Part shown: piece after piece, positions 29,411-39,750 of the stretch
Layout: every line of letters begins with the position of its first letter
Numbering within the stretch: the first letter of the stretch is position 1
DNA from: a virus
Strand: one strand, 5' to 3'
Virus record (IMG/VR): IMGVR_UViG_3300035034_002228
Span: 1-64,000 of that record
Length of the DNA: 64,000 nucleotides
Made by a program: the position numbers and the translations under genes
The notes under the pieces: generated by a model
What the model was told of the DNA's origin: nothing
What the model saw: the letters and a program-made list of their open reading frames with translations, nothing else
Database searches by the model: none

Positions 29411-30178
29411 ATGGCTAAGCGTATTACGGAAATGGGCCCGATTGAACTTCCACTCTCCGGAGAAGAGCTGTTGGAAGTGGTTCAGAACGGTGTCAACAAG
29501 CGGTTCCCGATCGGGGAACTGACGGTTCAAGGTAACGACGGGCTATCGGCATTCGATGTCGCGGTCCGTGAAGGCTTTGAAGGTACTTTGGAAGACTGGT
29601 TGGCATCATTGCGCGGCCCAGAAGGACCAGTGGGTCCACGGGGACCACAGGGCGTTGAGGGACCGAAAGGGCCCAAGGGTGACACTGGCAACGATGGTCC
29701 GGCTGGACCCAAAGGAGACGCAGGGCCGGAAGGACCCCAAGGGGAACCAGGACCCGAAGGACCTGAGGGGCCCAAAGGTGAGAAAGGCGATACCGGTGAT
29801 ACTGGCCCAACCGGACCTAAGGGCGACAAAGGTGATAAGGGTGATACGGGTGACCCCGGCCCAGTTGGACCTGAGGGACCATCAGGTGGAGGTGGTGGTA
29901 GTAACTTTGTAACCATCCAAGCCACCAGCTGGAGTGCGGGACAGTTTACCTTGCCTGAAGGAGTAACGGTCGAGAAGATCTACTCGGACAGCTCCCTGCA
30001 AATCAACCATGGGCAGAACAAATACCCGAAGGGTTGGTTTGGGTTCATTCGAGAGTCGGACCCTTGGGTAGGTATCATCCCAACCAACGTTCGGAACATT
30101 CAAATCGTCGATGCGAATACGATCATTATCACAAACGTGTCCAGCTTCGAAATCTTTGATATTTCCATTCAGTTTTAA
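29411..30178 (+). CDS. Collagen-like fibre protein 2
   Basis: About 30 contiguous Gly-X-Y triplets between globular N- and C-terminal domains. Confidence 0.85.
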   Translation: MAKRITEMGPIELPLSGEELLEVVQNGVNKRFPIGELTVQGNDGLSAFDVAVREGFEGTLEDWLASLRGPEGPVGPRGPQGVEGPKGPKGDTGNDGPAGPKGDAGPEGPQGEPGPEGPEGPKGEKGDTGDTGPTGPKGDKGDKGDTGDPGPVGPEGPSGGGGGSNFVTIQATSWSAGQFTLPEGVTVEKIYSDSSLQINHGQNKYPKGWFGFIRESDPWVGIIPTNVRNIQIVDANTIIITNVSSFEIFDISIQF

Positions 30179-30194
30179 CACGAGGGACTGATTT

Positions 30195-30707
30195 ATGATC
30201 AACGCGGGGATAAAGATTGCTTCTTTTAATGGCAAGCAGTCATTCAACAGCGAAACCCAGCTTTGGGAAGGCATTGAAGTCAGTGTCAACTACCCTGGAA
30301 AGCAAACGCCGGTGGACAACCCAATACAGATCGGTGACCTGCTCATTGAACCGGGTGGGAGCATCTGGCAAGTTGAGGCGGCGACGGTTCTGGATGATGT
30401 CGCCGGCGTATTCGAGCTGTCGCTGTCAATGCTGGAAGAAGAAACCACGGACGCGGTCTCACCGGGTCTGGGTACGGTCAACCGAGGTGGTATTGTAACT
30501 CCCAAACAAGGGTATGTGGCACCACATTGGGATTCAACCATCGTCGACGCGAACGTGTCTCGAATTGCCTCCATGATCACCATGGAAAACTACGACAAAC
30601 TGTTTGGTGGTGGTGACGGTAGCGATGCGGGGGATGGATCGACCGATACTGGGCCAGTATGGCTTGGTGTGGTGGACGGCGGTGAACTGGGCAACTCAGG
30701 AGCATAA
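30195..30707 (+). CDS. Hypothetical protein of the fibre cluster
   Basis: 170-aa acidic ORF with GAGGG RBS. Confidence 0.65.
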   Translation: MINAGIKIASFNGKQSFNSETQLWEGIEVSVNYPGKQTPVDNPIQIGDLLIEPGGSIWQVEAATVLDDVAGVFELSLSMLEEETTDAVSPGLGTVNRGGIVTPKQGYVAPHWDSTIVDANVSRIASMITMENYDKLFGGGDGSDAGDGSTDTGPVWLGVVDGGELGNSGA

Positions 30708-30710
30708 CCC

Positions 30711-33700
30711 ATGTCAGGAAACGAAAGAAGGTATCGGTTCCCTCGCGGTAATACCGAACAAAACAACAGTTATACCGGGTACGATGGGGAAGTCACCATC
30801 GATACCGAACTCAATCAACTGCGTCGTCACGACGGCGTAACCCCCGGTGGTTTTGTCATCGCCTCCGGCGGTGGCGGTGAGATTGGGGATGTCAGCGAAC
30901 TGATCGACACCGGCATTCTTGTCGTTGGTACGCTGTCCACCCCCGACAATCTTCCGGAAGCGTGGGAACATTCCACCGGTGATACATACATCATAGACAC
31001 CCACTACTACACCCTGATCGGCAACACCTGGGAAAACCTCGGGTCGTTCCGTGGGGAAGACGGCCTGAACGCGTACGAACTGGCCGTGACCCGTGATGGG
31101 TATACCGGCACGTATGGTCAGTGGAAAGAAAGCCTGCGTGGACAAGACGGCATTGGCATCAACGTCCGTGGCTCGCTGCCGAATCTTGAAACACTGGATT
31201 TGGTGGAACCGGTCCGGGGTCACGCGTACGTGATCGATCGGAAGATGTACGTTTGGGACACCCAGAAATGGGCCGAGGTGGGGCAAGTTGGTCCCCCCGG
31301 GATGAGCACTTACGAGTTGGCCAAGGTCACCGGTCAAATCGAAGAGTCCACCACCCTGACGCAGTACCTCAACTCCCTCAAAGGGCAAAGTGCGTTTCAG
31401 CTGGCGCGGGAGATTGAAGAAATCCCGTCGAACTGGGGCCTTGAAGATTACCTCGAATCCCTGCAAGGCAAAAGCGCGTACGACATGGCCGTGGAAAACG
31501 GCTACGTTGGGACGATTGACGACTACCTTGCCTCGCTGGTAGGACCTGAGGGTCCCCAGGGTCCCCGTGGTCTACGCGGTGATAAGGGTGAACAAGCCAA
31601 CGCCATTCAGGTGTTGGGTAAGGTGGTGTCTTATCTGGACCTTCCAACCGAGGGCGTGTCTCCAGGTGACGCGTATTTCATCCAGAAGAACCTCTGGGTC
31701 TATACAGGCTCGCGTTTTGAAGACCTGGGTGAGATTGTAGGGCCACAAGGTGAACAGGGCTTACAAGGACCCTCAGGCCCTCCTGGGGACCAAGGTCCCG
31801 AAGGGCTGAGCGCGTACGAAGTGGCCATCAACAACTACCTGTTCGACGGCGACGAAGAAGCGTGGATTGCGTCCCTGGAAGGGAAGAGCGCCTACGAGAT
31901 TGCCAAAGAGTTCGACTACGGTAATGAGATCGAAAGCGAGGAACAGTGGCTGGAGTCATTGAAAGGCAAGAACTCGTATGAGACCGCCATTGAACTTGGC
32001 TTGGTGGCTACGGTTGAAGAGTGGAATGAGAAGATGCGTGGTCCGGAAGGGCCGATGGGTCCTCAGGGTCCCATGGGTCGCAGTCTGGAGATTTCCGGCT
32101 ACGTTCAAGACCCCGATGCCCAACCACTGCCAACAGACGTCTCCCCGTACACCGCGTACGTGGTTCAAGATCACCTACACATGTTCACCGGCACCGAATG
32201 GGTCGACCTTGGACGCTTTGAAGGTCCCAAGGGGGACAAAGGCGATAAGGGTGACAAGGGCGATACCGGTGAGAAAGGCGAGGTTGGTACCGGCATTCAG
32301 GTAAAAGGCGCCGTAGCCTCTGAATTGGCCCTACCCAACATCCAAGACTACGTCGACGGTGACTGTTTCTTCGTTGAGAAGAACCTCTACGTGAAAACCG
32401 GCGGTCTGTGGTTGAACGTTGGGGAAGTGAAAGGCGATCAAGGGGAAAAGGGCGAACAAGGTGACCAAGGTCTGACTGGCGACCGTGGACCACGTGGCAC
32501 CAACGGTCGAAACGGTCGCAGTGGTCGGAACGGCCGCAACGGCTTGCATGGTTGGAACGGGCGTAATGGCCGGACTGGTCGTCAAGGTCCCATGGGCGCG
32601 CCCGGTCCGCGTGGGTTTACCGGTTCGCCGGGCGCGTCCATTAAAGTGAAAGGGTCGGTACCGGCGGTGAGCTTCTTGACCGACCAAGGGAACGAGGTCG
32701 GTGATGCGTACATCGTCGAGAACGAGTTCCATGTGTGGGATGGCACACAGTGGACCAACGTAGGATTCCTACAGGGCCCTCGCGGTGTGGACGGCCCCCG
32801 TGGTCTGCAGGGTCCCGTTGGACCGATGGGGGTGAAAGGCGACCAAGGCGTTCCTGGCCCACAAGGCATCGAAGGGGTGCAAGGCTCGGACGGTCGTCAA
32901 GGTCCCATGGGCCTGTCTATCAATGTCCTGGGTCGTGTCTCTACCTTTGCGAGTCTGGACGCCAAGTCCCGACCGTCGTTTGGCGACGCGTACATCGTCG
33001 ACGATACCGAGGGTGAGGTTTACGCGTGGGACGGCGAAGCGTGGCAGGGTCTGGGTCCGGTCCAAGGTCCCGAAGGACCTCCTGGTCCAATCCCTACCCC
33101 ACGTGGTGTAGCGGTTGACCCGGATTACCTGTTCAATCAAATCCTGAACCCGAAGAAAGGCGATTTCTACACCATCGCGGGTGAAGCCTGGATTCATGAC
33201 GGTGAGACGTTCATCAACGTCGGTCAGTGGACCGGACCCGAAGGTCCCAAGGGCGACAAAGGTGATCAAGGCGAAAAGGGTGACGCGGGGGATGACGGCC
33301 ACGGCATCATCGTTCTTGGCGAACTGGGTGATGTAAACGACCTACCCTTGACCTCCAGCCGTGGGGATTTCTACGTGGTCACCGGTGACCTGTGGGGCTG
33401 GGACGGCGCCCGTTGGGTTAACTACGGTCCTTTCCGTGGTCCCACCGGACCGGCTGGACCAAAAGGCATTGATGGCATCGACGGTGTGGATGGCATCGAC
33501 GGTGAACAAGGCCCGCAGGGTGAACGCGGTCTGCAAGGCGAAACCGCCGCCAGCATCAAGGTACTGGGCTCGAAAGCCACCGTGGGCGAACTGCCGGACG
33601 GCAGCACCAGCGAGGTCGGTGATGCGTACATCGTCGGTGACCGATTCTACGTGTGGAACAGTGCCATTTGGGAAGACGTTGGCTTCCTGCAAGGCCCTCG

Positions 33701-35297
33701 TGGCATTCAGGGCGAACAAGGTCCTCGTGGTCCCACAGGTCCGCAAGGTCGGGCTGGTGAGCAGGGACCGCAAGGTTCTACCGGCGCACAAGGCCCTGTG
33801 GGTGCGGAAGGTCCTCAGGGTGAGAAGGGCGATACCGAAGCGGCCATCTACGTCATCGGTAGCCTGGAAAGCAGCGTTGCCCTGCCCACCACGGGCAATG
33901 AACGCGGCGACGCGTACATCATCGACCAGAGCTTCTGGGTCTGGGACGGTGCTGAATGGAGCGATGTCGGTTTCATTCACGGTCCGAAAGGGGATCGGGG
34001 GGATACCGGTCCTGCCGGTCCGCAAGGTCCGTTAGGCCCACGTGGGATTCAAGGTCCTCAGGGTGAACAAGGCCCAGAAGGTGAGAAAGGTCTCCAGGGT
34101 CCCATGGGCATTTCCATCCGAATCATCGGCAGTCAGCCGACCATCTCGGACATTCCGGACCGTCAGCACCAAGTTGGTGACGCGTACATCATCGATGGGG
34201 TTGTGTACACCTACGATGGGTACAGCTGGATCGACATTGGCCAGTTCCAGGGTCAGCGTGGTCCTCAGGGCCCCAGTGGTCTGGACGCCTACGAAATGGC
34301 GGTCAATAAAGGATTCACTGGCACCTTTGAAGACTGGGTGGAATCCCTGCGCGGTCCACAAGGCGATGCCGGTGCGGGACTCACGTTCCTAGGCATCCTG
34401 GGTGACGCTGAGGAATTGCCGACCACCAACAACATGAACGGGGACATGTACCGCAAAGGTCCACACCTGTATGTTTGGGTCGACACCGCCTGGAAGAACA
34501 TGGGCATCATACAAGGCCCCCGTGGTGACGAAGGTCCCGAAGGTCCTGCCGGCCCCGAGGGTCCGCAAGGGATGCGTGGCCCACAGGGTACCGCCTGGCT
34601 GTCGTTCGAACGTGATCCGGACACCCTGGACGGTTTGAAGGGCGACTACGCGATCAACACCATCACCAACGACTACTTCCTCAAGGTGGACGAGTTCCTC
34701 TGGGTGAAGCTCGGCCGGATGGGCGGCGGTACCGTGGAAGAAGCCCCGACCTCCGGTGGGCGTTACGTTCGTGCCGAAGGTGGCTGGAAGCCACTCAAGG
34801 AAGGTGTGACCGAAGCGCCAGTGAACGGCGAAGCGTACATGCGTATCGACGGGACGTGGACGCTGTACAGACCACCGATCGTTGACGTAGAAACCAGCAC
34901 CCCGCATCACCGTGTGAAGGGTTCTTGGGTCCCGGTTGAGCTGACGGACGCCCCGGTGGACGATCAAACCTACTTCCGTCGTAATAAGAAGTGGGTGCCG
35001 TTCAACCGGTACACGTTGAAGAACGAAAGTGTCGATACGGTGATGGACCTGTCCATTGCCCAGACCTTCAACATCGCAGCCACTCGCGATAAGGCATTGT
35101 CGTTTACCAACGCGCCGGGCGCGGATCGCACCATGACGGTGGTAGTGACCATCGCCGGAGACGGCGGTATCATCACATGGCCGGACAGTGTGTTCTTTAA
35201 GGACGAAGTACCGCCAACATTGGGCACCAACTACACCGTGGTGGTCATGTATTGGACGGGCTCGATCTGGATCGGGAAACTGATGGAAGCCATTTAA
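30711..35297 (+). CDS. Giant collagen-like fibre protein 3 (1528 aa)
   Basis: N-terminal RG..E...[11 protein letters not shown]...HDG.TPGG anchor (Mtd-N-like), more than ten GDAYIV..W..W.DVG modules alternating with Gly-X-Y, EAP.DG..Y.R repeats and a C-terminal beta domain. Confidence 0.88.
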   Translation: MSGNERRYRFPRGNTEQNNSYTGYDGEVTIDTELNQLRRHDGVTPGGFVIASGGGGEIGDVSELIDTGILVVGTLSTPDNLPEAWEHSTGDTYIIDTHYYTLIGNTWENLGSFRGEDGLNAYELAVTRDGYTGTYGQWKESLRGQDGIGINVRGSLPNLETLDLVEPVRGHAYVIDRKMYVWDTQKWAEVGQVGPPGMSTYELAKVTGQIEESTTLTQYLNSLKGQSAFQLAREIEEIPSNWGLEDYLESLQGKSAYDMAVENGYVGTIDDYLASLVGPEGPQGPRGLRGDKGEQANAIQVLGKVVSYLDLPTEGVSPGDAYFIQKNLWVYTGSRFEDLGEIVGPQGEQGLQGPSGPPGDQGPEGLSAYEVAINNYLFDGDEEAWIASLEGKSAYEIAKEFDYGNEIESEEQWLESLKGKNSYETAIELGLVATVEEWNEKMRGPEGPMGPQGPMGRSLEISGYVQDPDAQPLPTDVSPYTAYVVQDHLHMFTGTEWVDLGRFEGPKGDKGDKGDKGDTGEKGEVGTGIQVKGAVASELALPNIQDYVDGDCFFVEKNLYVKTGGLWLNVGEVKGDQGEKGEQGDQGLTGDRGPRGTNGRNGRSGRNGRNGLHGWNGRNGRTGRQGPMGAPGPRGFTGSPGASIKVKGSVPAVSFLTDQGNEVGDAYIVENEFHVWDGTQWTNVGFLQGPRGVDGPRGLQGPVGPMGVKGDQGVPGPQGIEGVQGSDGRQGPMGLSINVLGRVSTFASLDAKSRPSFGDAYIVDDTEGEVYAWDGEAWQGLGPVQGPEGPPGPIPTPRGVAVDPDYLFNQILNPKKGDFYTIAGEAWIHDGETFINVGQWTGPEGPKGDKGDQGEKGDAGDDGHGIIVLGELGDVNDLPLTSSRGDFYVVTGDLWGWDGARWVNYGPFRGPTGPAGPKGIDGIDGVDGIDGEQGPQGERGLQGETAASIKVLGSKATVGELPDGSTSEVGDAYIVGDRFYVWNSAIWEDVGFLQGPRGIQGEQGPRGPTGPQGRAGEQGPQGSTGAQGPVGAEGPQGEKGDTEAAIYVIGSLESSVALPTTGNERGDAYIIDQSFWVWDGAEWSDVGFIHGPKGDRGDTGPAGPQGPLGPRGIQGPQGEQGPEGEKGLQGPMGISIRIIGSQPTISDIPDRQHQVGDAYIIDGVVYTYDGYSWIDIGQFQGQRGPQGPSGLDAYEMAVNKGFTGTFEDWVESLRGPQGDAGAGLTFLGILGDAEELPTTNNMNGDMYRKGPHLYVWVDTAWKNMGIIQGPRGDEGPEGPAGPEGPQGMRGPQGTAWLSFERDPDTLDGLKGDYAINTITNDYFLKVDEFLWVKLGRMGGGTVEEAPTSGGRYVRAEGGWKPLKEGVTEAPVNGEAYMRIDGTWTLYRPPIVDVETSTPHHRVKGSWVPVELTDAPVDDQTYFRRNKKWVPFNRYTLKNESVDTVMDLSIAQTFNIAATRDKALSFTNAPGADRTMTVVVTIAGDGGIITWPDSVFFKDEVPPTLGTNYTVVVMYWTGSIWIGKLMEAI

Positions 35298-35308
35298 TCC
35301 ACCCATAA

Positions 35309-35338
35309 TGGGGAGGGGTGACCCCTCCCCACACTTTT
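35309..35338 (+). terminator. Hairpin terminator
   Basis: TGGGGAGGGG-TGA-CCCCTCCCCA then CACTTTT. Confidence 0.7.
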
Positions 35339-35351
35339 ACAGTGAACGCCT

Positions 35352-35963
35352 ATGGACACTTACATTAATTTGACAACGGGACAATACCCACTGACCTTGG
35401 AGGAAATACGGCGAGAGCTTTTGACCGTATCCCTACCAAAAGCCCCCACCGAGGAACAGCTTCGACGGTGTGGCTATGGGTTGGTGAAACCGACCAAACG
35501 CCCCGCCGGTACCAACGTGGTGGGAACAGCCCCACGGTATCAGAACGGGCAGTTTTACCAAACTTGGGAGGTGGTGGAGAGTGCGGATTTGGGCGAGTGG
35601 CAACAAGAGCTTAAACGGTTGCTGGATACGACCTACAACACCCTGTTGACTCAGGGATGGACGTACGGTACTCACCAAGTCGACCTTGTCAACAGTGAGG
35701 AACTGAATTGGTTTTTCTTAGAGTGCTTATCGTCACAAGACGATCACTCGGACGAGCCGGTTTTGTTTTATACGCCCAATGGCGATGCGGTGGAGTTTGA
35801 CTGGGAGACAGGATTGCAATTCGTCAAGGACGCGGTGCGGTATCGACGTTCGTTGAAACGCGGGTACCACCACGGACTTACGCACATTCGTGAGTGCGAG
35901 TGTGTGGCGGATTGCAAATCTGTTAAACGCAAGTTAGAAACAAAGGAAGTCTTCCAATGTTAG
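35352..35963 (+). CDS. Tail-fibre assembly/chaperone-like protein
   Basis: YP..L...SLPK...GY..V.PT..P...YQTWEV pattern typical of proteins downstream of fibre genes. Confidence 0.5.
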   Translation: MDTYINLTTGQYPLTLEEIRRELLTVSLPKAPTEEQLRRCGYGLVKPTKRPAGTNVVGTAPRYQNGQFYQTWEVVESADLGEWQQELKRLLDTTYNTLLTQGWTYGTHQVDLVNSEELNWFFLECLSSQDDHSDEPVLFYTPNGDAVEFDWETGLQFVKDAVRYRRSLKRGYHHGLTHIRECECVADCKSVKRKLETKEVFQC

Positions 35964-37108
35964 AAACGTTACTAGGGGCCGCTGGCAACAGCACACCCGG
36001 CGTCTCATTCACGGTCACCCCACGGGCAAGTTCGTTCAACGCCGGCAACGCCGTGGAGTTTACCATTCAACCAACGGACCCCATTCCAGGGTTTGTCTAC
36101 AGTTGGTCGGTGGGTGGTTCAATCGACCCCGAACTCATCGACGGGCCGACCTCGGGCACGTTCAGTTTTAGTGACACCGAATCGGTCACGGTCTCGGTCA
36201 CCACGCTGATTGACGAGTTTAAGGACACGGGGGAAACGCTGATCCTGAACATTCACCCGTCTGAAACCAGCAGTTCGGTGGTGGCGCAATCCATTCCCGT
36301 TAACATCATTTATTCCAGTCACCCCACTGGGAGTCACCTTCAAGTGGCTACCGGTACACGCCAATGGGTCGTCCCAACGGACGTCACTAAGATCAGTGCG
36401 GTGTGTATCGGTGGTGGTCAAGGGGCGAACTATACCCGGCGTGGACCAGGTGGTGACGGCGGTGATTTACGCTGGCGGAACGACATCCCGGTGGTGCCAG
36501 GGGAAACCCTGACGCTGGAAGTCGGCGCCGGTGGTTTAAACAGTGCCGATTTGGCCACCCGCCAAGGCGGTACGACCCTCATCAAACGGGGCGACAGTGT
36601 ACTGCTCGCCGCTGGTGGGGGCGGCACTACCGACAGTGTTGATTTCACCGACACCATTGGTGGTGGTAATGGAGGTCAGGGTGCCGACGGTGGCGAGAAC
36701 GGTCCTGGCGGCGGTGGCGGTGCCGGCGGATACTCCGGCGACGGTGGTGATGGCGGTAACGCGGTCATTGACGCTCTGCCTGGGGAAGGCGGTGCTGGCG
36801 GTGGCGGTGCCTACTACTTTACCGAAAGCAACAACAGCCATCACGCTACGCCAGGTGGGGGTGTTGGTCTTTATGGTCAAGGCAGTAGTGGTACGGCCGG
36901 TACCCGTAACGACACCATGACTGCCGGTGGTGGCGGTGGCTCCGGTGGCGACGACGGGACCTGGATCGTGACGGGTCTCTACGGGGCCGGGGCACGCGGT
37001 AACTCCTCCAACAACTACTTCGGGGCCGTAAACGGAGCCAACGGGGCGGTTCGTTTAATCTGGGGACCCGCCCGAGAATTCCCGAACAACAACACAGCCG
37101 ACCTCTGA
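35957..37108 (+). CDS. Glycine-rich tail/fibre-tip protein
   Basis: WVVPTDVTKISAVCIGGG, many GGGG-type repeats and GANGAVRLIWG C-terminus. Confidence 0.7.
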   Translation: MLETLLGAAGNSTPGVSFTVTPRASSFNAGNAVEFTIQPTDPIPGFVYSWSVGGSIDPELIDGPTSGTFSFSDTESVTVSVTTLIDEFKDTGETLILNIHPSETSSSVVAQSIPVNIIYSSHPTGSHLQVATGTRQWVVPTDVTKISAVCIGGGQGANYTRRGPGGDGGDLRWRNDIPVVPGETLTLEVGAGGLNSADLATRQGGTTLIKRGDSVLLAAGGGGTTDSVDFTDTIGGGNGGQGADGGENGPGGGGGAGGYSGDGGDGGNAVIDALPGEGGAGGGGAYYFTESNNSHHATPGGGVGLYGQGSSGTAGTRNDTMTAGGGGGSGGDDGTWIVTGLYGAGARGNSSNNYFGAVNGANGAVRLIWGPAREFPNNNTADL

Positions 37109-37288
37109 TGCCAATATTATAGATTCAAGCACCTCTCTACTCAGCACACTGCATAAGTTCACCACGGGGGTGTCCCTGTGGATGATCCCTGTTTTTGGTC
37201 CAACAGTCCCGTTGACCACACGTAGGTTACTGACGGAGATTGGGAGGGTGTAATATAAACAATTTTTGACGCATTGGAGTTCAGACCC

Positions 37289-37873
37289 ATGGCTACGGTT
37301 AAACGGGATAAAGCCAGTATATTCGGACTGAAGATTCAACTGGGTGAGATCGAAACTCGGGTGCAGGAACTGTTTGACAGTGGTCTGCTCACGGTGGAAG
37401 ACCGGGACCTGTTGAACAAGTTGACGACTTCCGAAGCGGTTAATTTGGACAACGCGGTGACCACCGAGCGCTTGGCCGCAAACATTTCCGACCTTCAGTC
37501 CGATGCCCTGGCGGCGAACGTCACCGCCATCCGAGAGTACGTTTTGGGCGCCCTGCAGATGGGTGGTCCCAGTGTCATGGTGGAAACCCGACCCATTTAC
37601 AACGGTCGGGTGACCTTGACGTACAAACCCCACTCCGGGGTCCATGGCATCATGAATTACAGTACGGTCCAGTTCGATCTGGATGGTCAGTTGCATCAGT
37701 TAAAGCTGACCGCCACGGCCGATCCGTACCAGTTCCTCGTTGATCCAAAAGGGTTGGACATCGAGGGGTACAACGTTCAGGTTCAGTACCTGTACCACCA
37801 CGACGCTCGGGATCTCAATGCCTTGATTGGCGAGATGATTCTCGACGGGTTGGTGTTAATCGAACCTGAATAA
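37289..37873 (+). CDS. Paralogue of the 28287..29282 structural protein
   Basis: MATVKRDKASIFGL vs MAIIKRNKSTIYGL; GVHGIMNYSTV..TADP..F.V..VQYLY vs GVNGIMNFATV..TADP..F.V..VQYLY. Confidence 0.75.
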   Translation: MATVKRDKASIFGLKIQLGEIETRVQELFDSGLLTVEDRDLLNKLTTSEAVNLDNAVTTERLAANISDLQSDALAANVTAIREYVLGALQMGGPSVMVETRPIYNGRVTLTYKPHSGVHGIMNYSTVQFDLDGQLHQLKLTATADPYQFLVDPKGLDIEGYNVQVQYLYHHDARDLNALIGEMILDGLVLIEPE

Positions 37874-37970
37874 CTACCAATATTATGTGAGTTAACACTC
37901 ACACTGAACATGGCCGAGCCTTGAGATTTTCTCTTCGGTCATTCACAACATGCAATTGGAGTTTTACCCC

Positions 37971-38522
37971 ATGCTGATTAATACTTCGAAGTCTGCCGAA
38001 AAGAACTTGATCGACCTGATCAACGCTGACAACGGCACTGCACTGACTTCCGCTGAAATCTCCATCGGCGTTCCTGCCGTATGGGACGAGCTGACCGACA
38101 CTGGCAGCGACACTGGTAACGACCGTAACACCAAAGTAACTGTTTCTGCTGTCGCTAACAGCGGTTACAAGGACTCTGTTGACATCCGTTACTACCGTCT
38201 GGACCTGGACACTCTGCGTGGCGGTGTTTCCCTGGAGCACACCAAGTCTGAGGCGTCAACTGTTCAGTCCGTTATCGATGCGATCGCCACTCAGGTTGAT
38301 CTGATCGAAACTGAACTGGCCCTGTTCGACGAAACCGGTACAGAGCTCAGCTCGCTGGTGGCTCTGAGCGAGCCCAAGGTATACACTGTTCGCGCCAAAG
38401 CGGACAGCGTGTGCTACATCGGTCAGATGGACGTTACCATCAACCCGATCCCGGTACCTGAAGTTCCGGTCGGTGATGAAGTGACCACCACTGACATGAG
38501 TGGTTTCGAATACCCGGCGTAA
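37971..38522 (+). CDS. Virion structural protein, YxRLDL family (N-domain only)
   Basis: ATG 37971 (GGAG RBS). LIDLIN...RNT...GY..SV.I.YYRLDL...S.CYIG. Confidence 0.75.
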   Translation: MLINTSKSAEKNLIDLINADNGTALTSAEISIGVPAVWDELTDTGSDTGNDRNTKVTVSAVANSGYKDSVDIRYYRLDLDTLRGGVSLEHTKSEASTVQSVIDAIATQVDLIETELALFDETGTELSSLVALSEPKVYTVRAKADSVCYIGQMDVTINPIPVPEVPVGDEVTTTDMSGFEYPA

Positions 38523-38550
38523 TGTCTGATCCCTGATTTCGATTAGGGAA

Positions 38551-38595
38551 ACGACATAATAAAACCCCTCCCGTTTGGGAGGGGTTTTATGCCGT
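38551..38595. terminator. Bidirectional hairpin terminator
   Basis: ACGACATA-ATAAAACCCCTCCC-GTTT-GGGAGGGGTTTTAT-GCCGT between convergent genes. Confidence 0.85.
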
Positions 38596-39333
38596 CTACA
38601 GGTCGGATTTGAGCATGCCAAACAAACTGACGGGCTCGGGTGCTTCGTCGGAGAACCCACTCAAGTCGGTCACGGTGATCAGTGACGACAAAGGTTCTAC
38701 CGGTTCGTTGAACCCGGTGAGATCGGTCACCGTAATCGCCGGTATCAAACTGAACACCGGTGCACTGAACCCCGAGAGGTCGGTGGTGGTGATTCTTAGA
38801 TTGACCGGGATCAGGTCGCTGTCTTCTGGCTCGTACAGGTAGCTGGTCTCTTTGACCCGCAACGTGATCCAACTGCCATCGGTGGGCACGGGATCGTCGT
38901 AAACGTCGTCCTCTGTTAAGGCGACTCCGTACCGGTAGTTAATGTCTACCAGCAAGTCGTGAACCGTGGTGGTGTCCGTCACGGTGGGACTGTAGTCCAC
39001 CAACTCTTTACTCGGCAGGGCATTCAACAATCGAAAACGGTTGTATTGAACGTCCACGTACCGGGTCAATCCCGAGGCGGCTTTGGCAAAGATCCGTACC
39101 CGAGTGTTGTAGGGTTGGTTGTACTGTATTTCAGGAGATCCGAACTCCAAGTCGTTAAAGGTAAACCGCGTCTGGTTCAGGTCGTTGATGCGTTCCAACA
39201 ACAACTGTTTACCGTACTTCGTAAAGTCCGGTAATCGTTTTCGACGCTTGAGGTATTTACCTTGAATGTAAGTGACCTTACCTCTGACGTTACTGGGTAC
39301 AATCGGATCTTCTGAGGTCGTCGTATCCGACAT
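38596..39333 (-). CDS. YxRLDL-family structural protein with three C-terminal ITxTDLxGF repeats
   Basis: ATG 39333 (GAGG RBS). LLERIN...YNT...YNRFRL, then ITTTDLSGF, ITVTDLTGF and ITVTDLSGF. Confidence 0.7.
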   Translation of the reverse strand: MSDTTTSEDPIVPSNVRGKVTYIQGKYLKRRKRLPDFTKYGKQLLLERINDLNQTRFTFNDLEFGSPEIQYNQPYNTRVRIFAKAASGLTRYVDVQYNRFRLLNALPSKELVDYSPTVTDTTTVHDLLVDINYRYGVALTEDDVYDDPVPTDGSWITLRVKETSYLYEPEDSDLIPVNLRITTTDLSGFSAPVFSLIPAITVTDLTGFNEPVEPLSSLITVTDLSGFSDEAPEPVSLFGMLKSDL

Positions 39334-39404
39334 GGTGACCTCACAGAGTGCATCGGTTGATTGTTCGTTTGTGTGGTGCTCAGTGAACACCACACAAACC
39401 CCAG

Positions 39405-39737
39405 TTACGCGTTGTACTGCAGGTACACTCGACCGTCCGGTTGGTCACACTCGGTGTCCGCAAAATCCAAGATCAGTACGTGACTGAACTTAGCGTTGGT
39501 CGCCATCATGTCGTTGTTCGGCCCGTGGTACACGACCTCGGCGTTCAGCAGACTGTAGTCGTGTTCCGGGTTCACGTTCCAGTTCTGGCGCTTGGAGGGG
39601 CGAGGGTCGTTGTTCTGAAACACCCCGGCCATGAACTCGGCGTCTTGTCCAGTTAACACGTCACCGACGTCAAACCGTTTGAGGAATTCGGCGTCGGCAG
39701 TGAAGTCGACCGTGAAGAAGTAGTTTTTCCAAATCAT
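39405..39737 (-). CDS. Stand-alone C-domain of the YxRLDL paralogue family
   Basis: ATG 39737 (AAGGA RBS). DFT...W...YSL.NAEVVY.G...N..F..VL...G.VYLQYN matches the C-termini of 43439 and 46184. Confidence 0.65.
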   Translation of the reverse strand: MIWKNYFFTVDFTADAEFLKRFDVGDVLTGQDAEFMAGVFQNNDPRPSKRQNWNVNPEHDYSLLNAEVVYHGPNNDMMATNAKFSHVLILDFADTECDQPDGRVYLQYNA

Positions 39738-39750
39738 GGTTGTGTCCTTA

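Noticed and set aside
30711-30870. Diversity-generating retroelement suggested by the Mtd-N-like start of the giant fibre
   Set aside because: No reverse transcriptase and no template/variable repeat pair differing at adenines were seen in the window.
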